Source: Chiloscyllium plagiosum (Eukaryota). Taken from it: a stretch of DNA of 64,000 nt. The notes beneath the pieces are model-generated. The model ran no database searches. It saw only the letters and a list, made by a program, of their open reading frames with translations, and was not told where the DNA came from. This document shows, one piece after another, positions 1 to 13,229 of this stretch (positions within the stretch are counted from its first letter, which is position 1; each line of letters starts with the position of its first letter). A program made the translations under genes and the position numbers. Location: assembly GCF_004010195.1 (NCBI RefSeq), contig NC_057711.1, positions 76,401,817-76,465,816 of the forward strand, written 5' to 3'.

Positions 1-150
1 TACTAAAAGCCAAACTCTTAAGAAATTAGGTAGCGTGCTATTTATTCACTATCATCTTTAAACAAGATTCGGAGATGCCGGTGTTGGACTGGGGTGTACA
101 AAGTTAAAAATCGCAACACCAGGTTATAGTCCAACGGGTTTAATTGGAAG

Positions 151-185
151 CACTAGCTTTCAGAGCGTCGCTCCTTCATCAGGTG
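151..185 (-). ncRNA. Minimal hammerhead ribozyme motif (intact)
   Basis: Minus strand reads CAC-CUGAUGA-A-GGAGC-GAC-GCUCU-GAAA-GC-UA-GUG. Core intact, stem I CAC/GUG, stem II paired. Confidence 0.7.
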
Positions 186-236
186 ATTGTCAACCGCCGG
201 CTTAAAGTGGAGAGGATCTCCAAGAAGATAGACAAT

Positions 237-273
237 CACCTGATGAAGGAACGTTGCTCCGAAAGCTAATGTG
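237..273 (+). ncRNA. Minimal hammerhead ribozyme motif (partly decayed)
   Basis: CAC-CUGAUGA-AGGAACGUUGCUCC-GAAA-GC-UA-AUG. Core intact; stem II has a mismatch and the first stem I pair is broken. Confidence 0.55.
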
Positions 274-641
274 CTTCCAATTAAACCTGTTGGACTATAA
301 CCTGGTGTTGTGATTTTTATCTTTAAACAAGTTAGCTTCCATCATAATTGAAGTATCTTCAAATATTCTATGTTACAACTTGAAATGATCCTGAGAACAA
401 TTGTGAAATATCTGTTTTGTTTCTGCTCTAGACTTGAACTCTAGTTCTTAAATTATGAGGGGAAGTGTTTGAAGCCACTTTGCATTCTCTTCTAGCTTCT
501 CGTACAGAAGGGAGTCATTTTTGAAAGACTTGCCAAAAGATGAGAATACTGCAGCTGTTGGCCCATATGTCTTTTTGTTGGGAAATAAGAGTACCCCTTC
601 GTAAATTAGGTCTGATTTTCTTATCCCTGTTTCTATTCTAG

Positions 642-778
642 GTTGTTTGATCATTCCATGGAAGGGTTTAAAAGTTGGGAATTCATGACCACACATTGCT
701 GGGGTGAAAAGGCAGCAGGTGACTGGATCCTTGAAATTCATGACAGTCCTTCACAACTCCGAAACTTCAAAACACCAG
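642..778 (+). CDS. PCSK5: PCSK5-type proprotein convertase, internal exon (P-domain C-terminal part)
   Basis: Acceptor TTCTATTCTAG, donor G|GTACTT, 137 nt. Encodes (R)LFDHSMEGFKSWEFMTTHCWGEKAAGDWILEIHDSPSQLRNFKTP(G), near-identical to the PC5/6 P-domain as I recall it. Confidence 0.96.
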
Positions 779-951
779 GTACTTGCAGAAATCAATTAGA
801 ATTCAAAATTTTAAATGCCAGCATTTCTTCTTTGGAACAATACTGTTAGAATATGGATTCCTAAAATAGTTTACTGTTGAATTATGTTTAACCATTTACA
901 AATTTTAATTAAAAATCAGATGAACAGATTCATTTGACAAGTTTCAGAGCG

Positions 952-1301
952 CAATTGAAACATGGTTGAAACTGTAAAACATTTGTTCATGAGCAAGATT
1001 GTCAAACATCCAAAACTCATGACTATATGGCTCTGTCCCCTAAGCCTTGCCTGCAGGTAGGTTAAAACTCACGGTTTATAACAGGATAAAATGAAATCGT
1101 AGCATTTTGCAATGATGCCTCTGCCATTCCTCCTTCTGCATAGTTGCTATCGATGTGACATTTGTGTGTGTTACAACTGTGGCAAAACAAGTTTCAGCAG
1201 TAACACAATGTGTTACACTAGTTCTGCCATAAAATGCTCCATGTTAGAAAGAAGGTCTGTGTGTCTGTATGTTTTTCCATTATTTAGCTTGAACATTTAC
1301 A
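952..1301 (+). repeat. Copy 1 of ~350-bp local direct duplication
   Basis: Aligns by eye, with scattered substitutions and small indels, to 3480-3840 (CAATTGAAACAT...GAACATTTACA). Confidence 0.95.
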
Positions 1302-3479
1302 AGTGGGTGGGCGGAACAGCACACACCATAAGGGGAGGCAAACCTGATTACAATTTATTTCTGAAATGTGACACTACCATTGCTAAGAAACCGAGGGAGG
1401 GTGAAAGACTTGCTGGCAATAATACAACATGCCTAATAGCATCACTAATAATATTTTCCATTTGTCAAAGGAGTGTGTAGGGAGTTGCTCTGTCTAAGCC
1501 ACAGAATGCCTGACCAGATGGTAAAGAATTGGTAGCCACAACATCCTTTGTGGCAAAGCTTTGCCCACAATAAAAATCTGTTAGTGCAAGTTACTCAGCA
1601 GGAGTACATGAGTCAGAGGGAATTGGGAAACAAATCAGTTCATTTTCCCTGGCGACTGGGTTCCATCCCAAACGTTTAATTAGTTCTGGTCCCACCTGTT
1701 CATGAACTGTGTTATTACATCGTGTTACGGTCAGGTCTAATTCTGTTCCCTCGGGCAGAGTTTCCTGGGTAATTTCTTCCAGAATGTGTTCTTAATCACT
1801 TCAGATCTGTTTATTTTCAGCCAATACATTGAGCAATAGCCTTTGATCAAATAATTTAATTTGCAAGTGGTTATGTGTTGAGCCAGGTTTTGATTTTTTT
1901 TTTGCTGTATTGTATTCCAAACCATATGCTAAATGCTTCTGACTCCATGAGAGGGTGTTCAGTTGGAGTTTAGAAGTGGTTGTGAAAAAAGACAAGCTTT
2001 TGTTTTCCTGTAGACGTGGGGGCCAGAGTGAAATTCATGTACAAAAGGCACAGCAGTCATGTTAGCCAGTGATGGCTGTAATTAACATGATGGAAAAATT
2101 CTGTTCTTGATTTGACATTGTTAACATTTGCATTCAATTCATAAAATCTGTGGTATGGTACAGCTGCTTCATGTGGCAATTCTTTGCTGAAACAAAAATG
2201 CAAAATTGACCTTCCTGGTTGCCATTTTGAATTTCTATTGATACCTCTGCCACAGGGGGGTGGGGTGGGGATATTCCTGATCATATGGAAGAGGTTTGCA
2301 ATGCTCACACAAACCTGGGAATGTATTACATGTTACTCCAAGAACAAAAGCTGAATTTCTGGTAAGTGTTTGCTGGAAATCCAAGCAATTTCTCTTTTAG
2401 AAACTGGATTGCATGATTATAGTTTGGCTGGCATCCAGCATGCGGCAAATCAACCATACAGCTCAGGGATTTGAGAACCAAAAACCACACACGCCTCAAT
2501 ACCCTATGATTGTTCTGGAAGTGCCAACTCCTGGTCCTTTCCAAAACTCTTGCAGAAAAGTCAAATGGTCTTGAACCTTAAAGACATGATTTGAAGACAT
2601 TTGCAACATGTGATGTTGTGAGACTAATTATTTTGCTGCATGGAGTTGGAGAAAATGTCACTGGAAAGGACAATCTCTTCCAATTCACTATGATTTTTAA
2701 TTTCTCTGGCAACTAATCTCTTCTCCAATCCTGAGGGGTCAAGAAGATCACCTACAAGCATTGGGAGGATTATAACACTTGTAAAATCTAGTTTTGATTT
2801 GTTCTTGGAATGTTGTGACCAGACGTATTAATTACCCATCCTATTTTCCTAAGGCCTTTTAAGAACTATCCATTCTGTTCTAAAGTCACGTGTAAGCCAG
2901 AGCAGGCGGGTGAAGGTGAAGTAAGATTTCTCAAAAGAAACAAACATGCATGATGAACCTCATAGAATTTCTTAAAACAAAACAACATACTGGATTGCAG
3001 GAAATGACTGAATATACTGCATATAGAGTTTAGGAAAGCCCCTGACTAAATGTGCAGAGGAAAATTCAAGAGACGGTTATATGCAGACTTGCAAGGCTGT
3101 AACATTCATTCAGTGTTTGTACTTGATCCAGAAATTGTCAGCAGTCACGATTTGAATGGATAGGTGAGTGAAGGAAAAAAATTAAAGATGTGATTGGACT
3201 GTACGGTTTGTTTTTCCATGTTGTATGACTCTGTTTAAGATAGGATAGAATGTGATGAGAATAATTTGCTCTCATGGCAGGTAAATGCTAACCTCGACAG
3301 TTTGAATCAAATGGCCTGTTTCAGTGTTGTACCTTAAATGATCACTTCTCTGAAGGACACAAGTGAACTATTTGAGTAAACAATCTTTTAAGAGGTAGAT
3401 TTTCCTGCACGTTGGGGAAGTAATGAGAGGGATGTGCTGTAAAATTACTGAGGTCCCTGTCCAATCCCTAGGTGTCAAC

Positions 3480-3840
3480 CAATTGAAACATAGTTGAAAC
3501 TGTAAAACATTTGTTCATGAGCAGGGTTGTCAAACATCCAAAACTCATGACTATCCTCTGTCCCCTAAGCCTTGCCTGCAATGCAATCTGCAGGTAGGTT
3601 AAGTCTCACGGTTTATAACAGGATAAAATGAAATCATAGCACTTTGCAATAATGTCTCTGCCATTCCTCCTTCTGCATAGTTGCTATTGATGTGACATTT
3701 GTGTGTGTTACAACTGTGGCAAAACAAGTTTCAGCAGTTACACAATATGTGTTACAATAGTTCTACCATAAAATGCTCCATGGTAGAAAGAAGGTCTATG
3801 CGTCTGTATGTTTTTCCATTACTTAGCTTGAACATTTACA
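3480..3840 (+). repeat. Copy 2 of ~350-bp local direct duplication
   Basis: As above; carries an extra 12 nt (ATGCAATCTGCA) relative to copy 1. Confidence 0.95.
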
Positions 3841-5829
3841 GGGTGGATTGGAGACAGGCAAACTTGAAAGTGATCTGAATGCCATGGCCCCAGGTTTTAA
3901 GCAACTTAAACACCAATTATTGGCCACTTGGAAGCCAATTCTCATTCCCACCCTCCTTGTTCCATGGTTAATGTTTTAGGACTTATAGGAGAGGTTCAGG
4001 GTTGTTGTGGAGGCTGACATGTAACCCTGTCCAAGCCTGAAGACTGAATGGATAGAAATTCCTCTCACTCCAGAATTTCCCCTCCAGGGAGCTGCTATCT
4101 TATCCTCAGGCCTCCTCACAAAGTGCTCCCTCCACTTCCAACCTGACTCTGCCAAGACCTCCACTCCCACTGTGGCCTCATCTTTCCTCCCAACTGCGAA
4201 ATCCCTGTCGCATGCTTGCTTTGTCCTGAATTCAAGGACTTTCAATCTGGTGACAACTACTGCTTGCTCAACTACTGTCTATTGAAATTGTCCAAAGGAT
4301 TTGTGAGGCAGAGGTTCATCTCCAGCCAATTAATGCTGCACACCTCTTTAAGGAGCTGTGGAGCTGCGTTGATCAGTGGAGACACATGCTCATTGACTCT
4401 TCACATAGTGGGCATGAAGAAAACTCATCCATTTGAAAATCCAACTTCACATTTTTCTGTAAATTTCATTGTCACAAAGTTACCAGATCAAGGTACATAA
4501 TGTCATTGGGAAGTGACTTCCAGGGTTTTGATCCAGTCATGCTGAAAGAACGGTGATATATCTTGAAGTCCGATGCTGTGCCACTGGGGGGTGTATTGTA
4601 GATGCTGTTGTTGCTGAGTATCTGCTGTCTTTGATCTTCTAGAAGATAGTGGTAAAGGGTTTGGAAGTTCCAAACGGGTTCTGGGTCATACATACAGTAG
4701 ACCAAGTGGTTACTGTACAGTTTGTGTGTGTGTGTAGTCTGCATCACATCATGTAGTTACAGTGTATCTTTCTGTAAGATAAAACAATATTAAGTAATGT
4801 ACTCCATTCTTCTAGTAAACCATGATGTTTACGCATTTGAACATGAATTTCATGTTGCACAAAAAACCTCAACTAGAAAATAAGTTGTGTTTATGACTAG
4901 TAATCACAAGGAAACTGACGAGCTGCAATGTCTCGTTGATCTTTCATGTCTGAACAAACTTTTGCAAGTCACAGGATAATTTGACTGAATTCTTAAATTT
5001 CAGATTTGTTTTCTCATGCTCTAATTGTTTTGACACTTTTTTTTGTCCTCGACTTTCTGGAGATGGAACACAAAGTTCCATTGCATAGAAATTAGAAGAC
5101 TATTTATTAAGGTGATTGCATTAGAGAACATCAGCTTATGTTATGATCCCTGCAGAGACCAACAAAACAATTGACCAAAAACCCCTATGTGAAAATCAAT
5201 AGATAAGCTTTCACTTCTTTAATTTTTACTCTGACAATCAAACAAAAATTAAAAATTGAATCTGAAATAATAATAAAGAATGGTCAATATAAACTCTAAA
5301 TGACAAATTAGACAATTCTGATTTTGTGTGTATTGTACAGTGCACTTTGTATATGTTACCAAAATTCAGCCACAAAATACTTCAAAGTTCTGAACCACCT
5401 CACACCAAATTCAAGTGCTTTAGCTTCAGGGCTTTAGCCATAAATTATTTTTGAACATCAGCTTTATTTTGCCCAGTTCTTCAAGTCCAGTTTTCATCAA
5501 AAGGCACACCTTTCAAAGATGCCCTCACCCGTACTCCCATATCCAGCTTACTTAGCTTTACAGTTGTGCCCCAGCCTCCACCTTCTGACCAAAGCTGGTC
5601 ACCTGAGCCTTGTTTTCAGACCAGGTTGGGGATCTGGGCCTATTTTGCATCCTTTTTATCTTTGCAAAATCCAATTTCATAATACTTTGCATTTGACAGC
5701 ATAACCAGCTCATTCCTAATCAAGCAGGCTACAAATCCCAGAATACATTGGAACAAGCATAGCTACACAGTGGAGATAGTCGGTAAGCCCTCTACATGAT
5801 TTAATAGAAGCCACAGCAAAAAGATGATT

Positions 5830-5898
5830 GCTGGTGTTGTACAAAGTTAAAAATCACACAAGACCAGGTTATAGTCCAACAGGTTTATTTGGAAGCAT
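5830..5898. mobile_element. Truncated arm of the Penelope-derived fold-back family
   Basis: GTACAAAGTTAAAAATCACACAAGACCAGGTTATAGTCCAACAGGTTTATTTGGAAGCA matches ~96-152. Confidence 0.8.
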
Positions 5899-6963
5899 CA
5901 CTAAGCATAAATCCCATCCTGGTGTGTAAATATCTGCTTTAGGATATCTGACTTGGCAGAATGTCACTGTTTGTAGTATGTGTTATCAGACTAACTTTAC
6001 AAAAAAAGCACCAAATGGCATCAAGTATTTTGCCAAGAATGAGACTCCAGTTGAGTTTCTAAAAACGACTGAAAGCTGGTTTGAAAATATTTTTTTTTTA
6101 AAATGAGCCTGAAGAATTACAAGAGCATAAAAAGGGTATTTTACTTTAAGGCTGAAGTGACTAAAAGTTCTACAGTCAGTTGTTAAGCTAAAGTGGGGAG
6201 GGTTGAGGACTATGCAGCAAACTGGAGTCAGAACTAAAGGCTGAAGAAGCAAATAAATGACTGGGCAGGTTGTATTCTTCAGACGTGGAAAATACAAAGC
6301 AACGAAGAGATTTGAAGATAATGCTGGTTTTAAATTAGTGTTGGGAGTGGGGAATTTGTGTAACTCAGTGGGAATGAAGTGAAAGAATGAATGAGACAAA
6401 GTGGGCAGCTGCATTTGGATAAGTTTAAATTTATAGATGTTTAGAAAGATAGCAAGGATCACATTGGAATAATTAAGTCTGGAGGTAACAAAAGGATGAA
6501 AAATATTCGGCCTTGCGGTGGGAGCAGCTGACTTCGTTCAGGGATGGATGTGAGAAGTAGTCAAGTGGATTTAGTGCTGTAGAGGATATGAAGTGTGAAG
6601 CCTCACCCAGCATCAAACCAGAATTATTATTCCGATCTGTAAGTAAATGGGAAAGGGTATAGTATCAGTGGTAGGGGAGGGGAGTTCACACAATATTGAA
6701 ATGACAGCTCTCAACTCTAATATTCAGCAAATGAAGTTGCAATACATCCAAGATACCAAACCTTTGGTTGTTCACATTTTTTAGATCCCGAACCTATTTC
6801 TGATGATAAAATTGCTACAGTCCAGCTGGAAAATGGTGGGGATTGTTTTGTTTAGATGTTGTTGTATATGTGACTCGTTGGATAGATGTCAGTTATCTAC
6901 AGCTCTGCTAATAAGTCCATTGTACTTTTTATAGCTTGTTACAACTCTGTCCCCTTTTCTTAG

Positions 6964-7104
6964 GTAAACTGAAGGAGTGGTCTCTTGTACTTCATGGCAC
7001 ATCCATCCATCCATACACTTCTTTATATACAAGGTTAGATCAACTGAAGGTGCGATCAAGTCCAAGGGAAGATGTCTCTGATGACTATGCAGATGAGTAC
7101 ACTG
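6964..7104 (+). CDS. PCSK5: PCSK5-type exon (end of P domain plus acidic linker)
   Basis: Acceptor CCCCTTTTCTTAG, donor G|GTAAGT, 141 nt. Encodes (G)KLKEWSLVLHGTSIHPY...DVSDDYADEYT(G). Phase matches the previous exon. Confidence 0.95.
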
Positions 7105-7221
7105 GTAAGTTGGAATCTTTATATGAAACAGTGATATGGCTCTGCATTAATGTACATCTGCTTTCCTTTTTCTCTTCACCTCCTTTTACAAAGGAATAAG
7201 CATGCAACAATTTGATAGTAT

Positions 7222-7502
7222 GATTAGATTCCCTACAGTGTGGAAACAGGTCGTTCAACCCAACAAGTCCACACCAACCCTCCGACCCACCCCCTCTGAC
7301 TAATCCATCTAACACTATGGACAATTTAGCACAGCTAATTCACCTAACCTGCACATCTTTGGTATGTGGGAGGAAACTGGAGCACCCACAGATATGGGTA
7401 AATGTGCAAACTCCACACAGACAGTCACCCAAGGCTTGAATTGAACCTGAGACCTTGACACTGAGAGGCAGCAGTGCTAACCATTGAGCTACCGTGCCAC
7501 CC
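7222..7502 (-). mobile_element. HE1/V-SINE-like tRNA-derived SINE
   Basis: Reverse complement of the family seen at 58149-58450 (tRNA-like head, TCCCACA-CCAAAGATGTGCAGGTTAGG core, CCTGTTTCCACACTGTA tail). Confidence 0.9.
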
Positions 7503-7799
7503 ATATGCAATTGTGTTCTATTCCAATCATAACTGATTGATAGTGTGTAATGACTCCGGATCTCATTAAAGTATAGAAATTTCAGTTTTAGTTATAGAAC
7601 TGGGAAATTTGTTGACCTATTACACATTATTTCATGGTCCTCTTTTGATCAGGTCACCCTTCAAACTGACATTCTTAAGAAAATAAAATTTGAATTTGAC
7701 AATGTTCCAGATTACATGTTTCTAAATGTAATAAAAAGTCCATTTTCATGAAGCAAAGGACTTTTTTTTTAATGGAAGAAGCTTATGGAATTTGTAATA

Positions 7800-7990
7800 A
7801 AACAAAGAACTGCAGATGCTGAAGATCTGAAACCAGATCAGAAATTGCTGGCAAAGCTCTGCAGGTCTGACAGCATCTGTGGGGAGAAAGCAGAGTCAAT
7901 GTTTTGAGTCTGCTGACTCTTCATCAGACTCAAAATGTTGACTCTGCTTTCTTCCCACAGATGCTGGTAGACATGTTGAGTTTTGCCAGC
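7800..7990. mobile_element. Fold-back Penelope-derived element, second family, with decayed hammerhead
   Basis: CAGCATCTGTGGGGAGAAAGCAGAGTCAAT pairs with GTTGACTCTGCTTTCTTCCCACAGATGCTG. Minus strand 7895-7929 reads CUGAUGA-AGAGUC-AGCA-GACUC-AAAA-CAUU (GAAA-CG lost, as expected from CpG decay). Confidence 0.7.
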
Positions 7991-8299
7991 TTTTGCTGTA
8001 GAATTTATACTTGGATTTTGCCTTTTGAACTGTGCAGTAAAATCCTTTCCAAATGACTAGGATGAAAGCAGTACACTATTGGAGGCCAGTAAATAATGAT
8101 TTTGAGTTTGCTAAACTCCTTAATCCTATTATATTAGTAGGGCTGTGCAATGTTTTTGTTAGGTTTCACTGCACTGTTAAAGGATTATTTATATGTAGCC
8201 AGACTGTATCATTTAGAGTATAGTTATCTCTTCTCCAGTGCATGTTAAAACTGTAATTTTGTAGTCTTTGACCATTTGATGAATCATATTTTCTCCATA

Positions 8300-9460
8300 C
8301 TCCTTAGATACGGGTGTGGTGTGATATGCGTGTTCTCAAGAGGACTGGAGAATTGCAAATGTCAAATCCTTTTATAAGGATAAATGCAGCACTACAAGCT
8401 AGTCAATTCAATCTCAATGGCAAGAGACATTTTAGAAGTGAAAATATAAGTCAAAATCAAGTCACTTGGATTAGTGTAGATTAATTAAAGAAAGCCAGTG
8501 TGGAGGTCTTAAAAGGCAACTTGTGTTGAATCAACTTGTTTTCTCAAGCAGTAACTGAGAGGGTTGATGTGGATATTGCAGTTGATGTGGTTTCCATGGA
8601 CTTTCAGAAGCATTTGACATAGGACAAATAAGTGGGCTTGCAAGCAAAGGCCACAAAAGAGAATGGATTATGGTAGCATGTGTATTATGTGTATTGTGTG
8701 ACTGGAGGTAAAGGGGATTTGTTAATGGTGGTTTTAATTTTGACATGGTAGTAGGTAACATAAGGGGATGGGGTGGAGACTAGGATCACTCTTTTATTGA
8801 TATAGTAATAATTTAGACTTGGGTAAGCAGATTTCAGTTTCAGAATTTGGAGATGACAAAACTTGGAACTATTGTAAGGAGCTTAGCAAAGACCTCACAA
8901 AATTTAGCATTATGAGTGGACACGTGGCAAATTTAATTTAATGTGGTCAAGTATGACATGTTTCGTCCTCAACTAGAATGGTGTGTGCAATCCTGGGTAC
9001 CATATTACCATGAATGAGAGATTTAAAGACGGTGTAGAAAAGATTTTGACCAAGGGATAAAAAACTTCAGTTTAGTGAGTGAATTGGAGAGACTGGAATT
9101 AATCACCTTAGGCATTTATGAGAAGATTTAGTAGGTGTTCAATGCTATGATTAGTGTAGACAGTGATGAGAAAAAAAATTGCATTGGCAGTAGGATTAAG
9201 AGCTAAAGGCCATCAGATTAAAATACTGAGCAATTATGGGGAAAAATACTTTCTGTAGTGAATTTGGAATGCATTGCCCAAGAGTGTGGTAGAGACAGTT
9301 TAGATGTAGCTTTCAAGAGGGAATTGAATAACCAACTAAATGGAATAAAATTTCAGGGTGATGAGAAAAGGTTGGGGAGTGACCTGAGTTGAATAACCCT
9401 TTCATTTGGACTCAACAGATTGTATATTCTCTTTCTGTTCTGTAACTCTGTGGTTCTGTA
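8300..9460 (+). mobile_element. Decayed CR1 LINE (RT and 3' region)
   Basis: Remnant CR1 motifs: GACTGGAGAATTGCAAATGT, ATGGACTTTCAGAAGCATTTGA, GATGACAAAACTTGG, TTTGGAATGCATTGCC. Confidence 0.75.
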
Positions 9461-12400
9461 ATTGATTGATTTATTGTTATTGGCAATTACTGCTATCTGT
9501 CCAGATCTGACTTGACTTTGGAGTGTAAGGAGTTGAGACATGGCACAACTGTTTAGTATCATGAATGCACTTCCCATGCCACAAGGGAACTTCAGGGTAT
9601 GCTATATCCTGGGCAGCCACATGTGCAACAATTACCAGCTGAAGAAGCTCAAGCTTCAGAGTTCCAGAAAATCCCTGGACAACATTTAAGTGGGGAAAGT
9701 TAACAGCCAGAGATGATGGTTTATCCCTGTACCAATGACACAGAAGGAGACTGAGGCTTTATTGGCAGATTTTTAAGAGGTTAACAAAGGAATTGATGAT
9801 GAAGATCTCAAAGATAGTAATCTCCAGATCTCCCCATGTTGAGTGCAGGTAATTACAGAAGTGAGCAGTGATTGCCAATGAATATATGATCGAAGAGAGA
9901 GGTCAGGCCAGATCTTTAGATTTCTGAGACATTGGTACCTGGTTTGAATGAAGTGTGAAGTTTAAACCAGTTGCAGTCAATAGGGTTGAGGACAATACTT
10001 GTATTTTGTTATATAATTTGGACTGGCCTATATGTAACTGCAGACACTCAACAATATGACTCTTAACTTTTATGAATTTGTCGAAGAGCAACTCTTGTGT
10101 CAAAAATGTGCTAAAATGTCTCAAAAAGGAAGAAAAAAGTTATAAAAGGGAGGTTTGCTAGATTTCTATCTTAAGAGGCAGGTGGATGACAATCAAGAGT
10201 GCCAATCTGGAAGGGAGTGGAGTAAATCGGTGCAAGAGAGCCGTGGGGCTGTTCCCTTTTGCAACAAATGTGCCAATTGGGATACTGTTTGGGAAGAATC
10301 ACCTGTCAGGAGATGGTGACAGCGGTAGCCAGAACAGTGGCACCACAACTGGTTGTATGGTACAACAGGGAGGGTCAAAGTGCAGGTAAGCAGTGATGAT
10401 CAGGAACTCTGTAGTCAGTGGTACAGACAGGTTTTTCTGTGGCCTGAAGCGAGATTCCAGGAGTGTGTGTTGTCTCCCTGGTCCCAAGATTAAGGATGAC
10501 TGTGAGCAGGTACAGGATATCTGAAAGGGCAGGGTGAGCAGCCAGAGGGCATGGTCTGTATTGGAACGAACAAATATAGCGTGCTGCAAAGGGGATTTAG
10601 GTAGGAAGTTGAAATGCAAGACCTTTATAGTTGTAATCTTGGGATTACTCCATGTGTCATGTGCTACTGGACCCAGAAATAGGAAAATAGAATAGTTGAA
10701 TATGTGGCTAAAGAGTTGGTGTAAGTGGGAGGGATTCACGTATCTGGATCATTGGGATCTCTTCCAAGGCAGGTGGGACCTGCATAAAAGAGGGACTGCA
10801 CCTAATTTGAAAGGGCACTCATGGCCTTTCAGGGAGGTTTACTAGTGCCATTGTAGAGGGTTTAAACTCGTATGGCAGGGATTGAGAACCACAGCAGCAG
10901 GTAAGGACATGAGAAGAAAATGGACTGGCTTAATAAACACAGCAGGTCTGTGAACAGTGTATTGAGTAAGACAGGAGGGGAAACAATACAAAGATGCTGA
11001 AAGATGGGATAGAATGTACAATCAAAATTAGAGTTCTTTTGTTAAAATGCAGGAAGTGTAAGGAACAAATTAAATGAGCTGCAGGCATGGATTCAAATGG
11101 GGAACTATGATTTAGTAGTTATGGCTGCAGGATGGTCAGGATTGAGAACTAAACATACCGGTTATAATGTTTACAGGAGGGATAGGGAAAATAGCATGGG
11201 GATGGAGTAGCATTACTGATTAGAAACAGAATAATGTCTATGGTGCGTGTGGATGTAATGAGGGGAAAGCACCCAGTGGGCACCTTATGGGTGGAACTGA
11301 GAAATAGTAAAGGAAATAAAACTGTAATAGGTGTCATTTATACACCACTTGGTAGCAACTCAGAAGTGCTAGATTGTATAAATGGTGAAAGTAAGCATTA
11401 TCTGGCAATGACCGAATAGTACTAATGGGAGATTTTAATGTTAACATAGAGACAGATAAGCATCTGCCAAAAAGGCCTGAAATTTATAGTGTGTGTGTGT
11501 CTGGGATAGTGGTCTGTGGCAAAATATCATGGATGCGACAAGAGGACAAACCATATTGGATCTAGTAATGAACAATGAGCTTGTTTTAATTAGTAAACTA
11601 GCATTTGTCATGAGCATTTGTCATGAACATTTGTCAAATAATTATCATAACCTGATCAGGTTTCATGTAGCATTTGAAAGAGAAAAGCAAAGATCAGATA
11701 CTGGAATTTTGTAATTAAGTAAGACAGACTTTAATAGGATAACGCAGAGACTGTCCACTGTAAACTGGGTAATTTTGCTAATAGGTACAACCGGGGACAG
11801 TAGAGGCTATCCAAAGAAACATTTAATGCTTTTCAGAAGCAGGTTTGTGCCCATGAGAGAGAAAAACTCCACCTCATAGAAAAAGCAGTCATGGACATCT
11901 AAGGAGGTAAGGGACACTCAAGATTATTAGAAAGCACTGATTTAAAAACTCAAAGAACAGTACAGATCTCACAGAATGGGACAAATACAAAGACTAACAA
12001 AGGGCCACAAAGCAACTTATGAGAGCGACTAAAAAGGATTATGAAAAGTAATTTGAAAAGGATATAAAGGACAATAAGTAGAGATTTTAGTTATATAAAG
12101 GGAAAGCAGCTGTTTAAGAGTACTATTGGCCCACTAAAGGCTGAGAGTGGGCACATTGTCATTTCTCCATGGTCATTGACAGACATGCTGAGTAAATATT
12201 TTGCTTCAGTATTCACAGCAGAAAAGGAGGATAGCTTATTAGAAGCCCCAAAGAAATTAAGAAGGTCAAAATAAAATTAGCTCAAGTATATAATCAATAA
12301 TAGAGAAATGAATTGAACTGAAGTGACAAATCCCCAAGATCTGATGATTTCCATCCATTGCTTGTTAAAGGAGGTAAGAAAGCACATTGCCAATGTCCTA

Positions 12401-13229
12401 ATGATGATCATTTAGCACTCCCTGGATTTGGGAGGTGTACCTTTTTAGATTGGAAATATGCTCATGTCACTCTGCTGTTTAAGAAGGGTGACTGAGGGGA
12501 AACCAGGGAATTACAGACCAGTTAGCTTGATATCTACAGTGGGAAATTATAATGAAGAATAGGGTAACTGATTACCTGGAATTTTGAGGTGATCAGGAAG
12601 AATAAGCATGGAATCATGGAGGGTTTTGTTTTTTTTTTGAAGAGGTAATCAAGACAGTGGACAGAGGTAAATCAATGAATATAGTTTACATGAACTTCTG
12701 GAAATCTTTTGATTAAGTCCCACAATGAGGCTGTTAGCTAAGGTGGGTGCCAATGGAATTGAGGGCAAATTATTGACATCAATAGGAAATTGGTTGAGTG
12801 GCAGGAAACAAACAGTTGGAAAATGGGTATCAAATAAGTATCAAATTGGCAGGTGGTGACTAATGCTGTCCCACTGGAATCTGTGTTGGAGCTACAATTA
12901 TTCACAATATTCATTAACAACTTGGGTAATGGCTTTAAAAAGTCAAATATGCAAATTTGCTGATGAGACAAAATTGGGCAGCATTGTAGACAATCTTGAT
13001 GACAGTATAAAATTACAACACGATATTGATAGACTAGGTGAATGAACAAAGCTGAGGCAAATGAATATTAGCAATTATTCATTCATACTGAAAAAGATTA
13101 GGGTATATTTGTTAAAAGGCACAAAGTTAAATCCAGTGGATGTCCAAAGAGATTTGGAGGTTCAGGTGCATTACTCTTCAAAATGCCACGTAACAGGTAC
13201 AGAAAATAGTCAAGAAGGCTAATGGAATA

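Larger units (their letters stand above)
72..325. mobile_element. Fold-back (inverted-repeat) Penelope-derived non-autonomous element
   Basis: Arm ~101-191 is the reverse complement of arm ~231-325. Each arm has a hammerhead-like core. Same family at ~5830-5898 and 56609-56813. Confidence 0.75.

Noticed and set aside
1112..1480. Cys-rich 122-aa ORF as an extra PCSK5 exon
   Set aside because: No furin-repeat spacing and no convincing splice sites. It overlaps the local duplication, and the neighbouring exons already join in frame.
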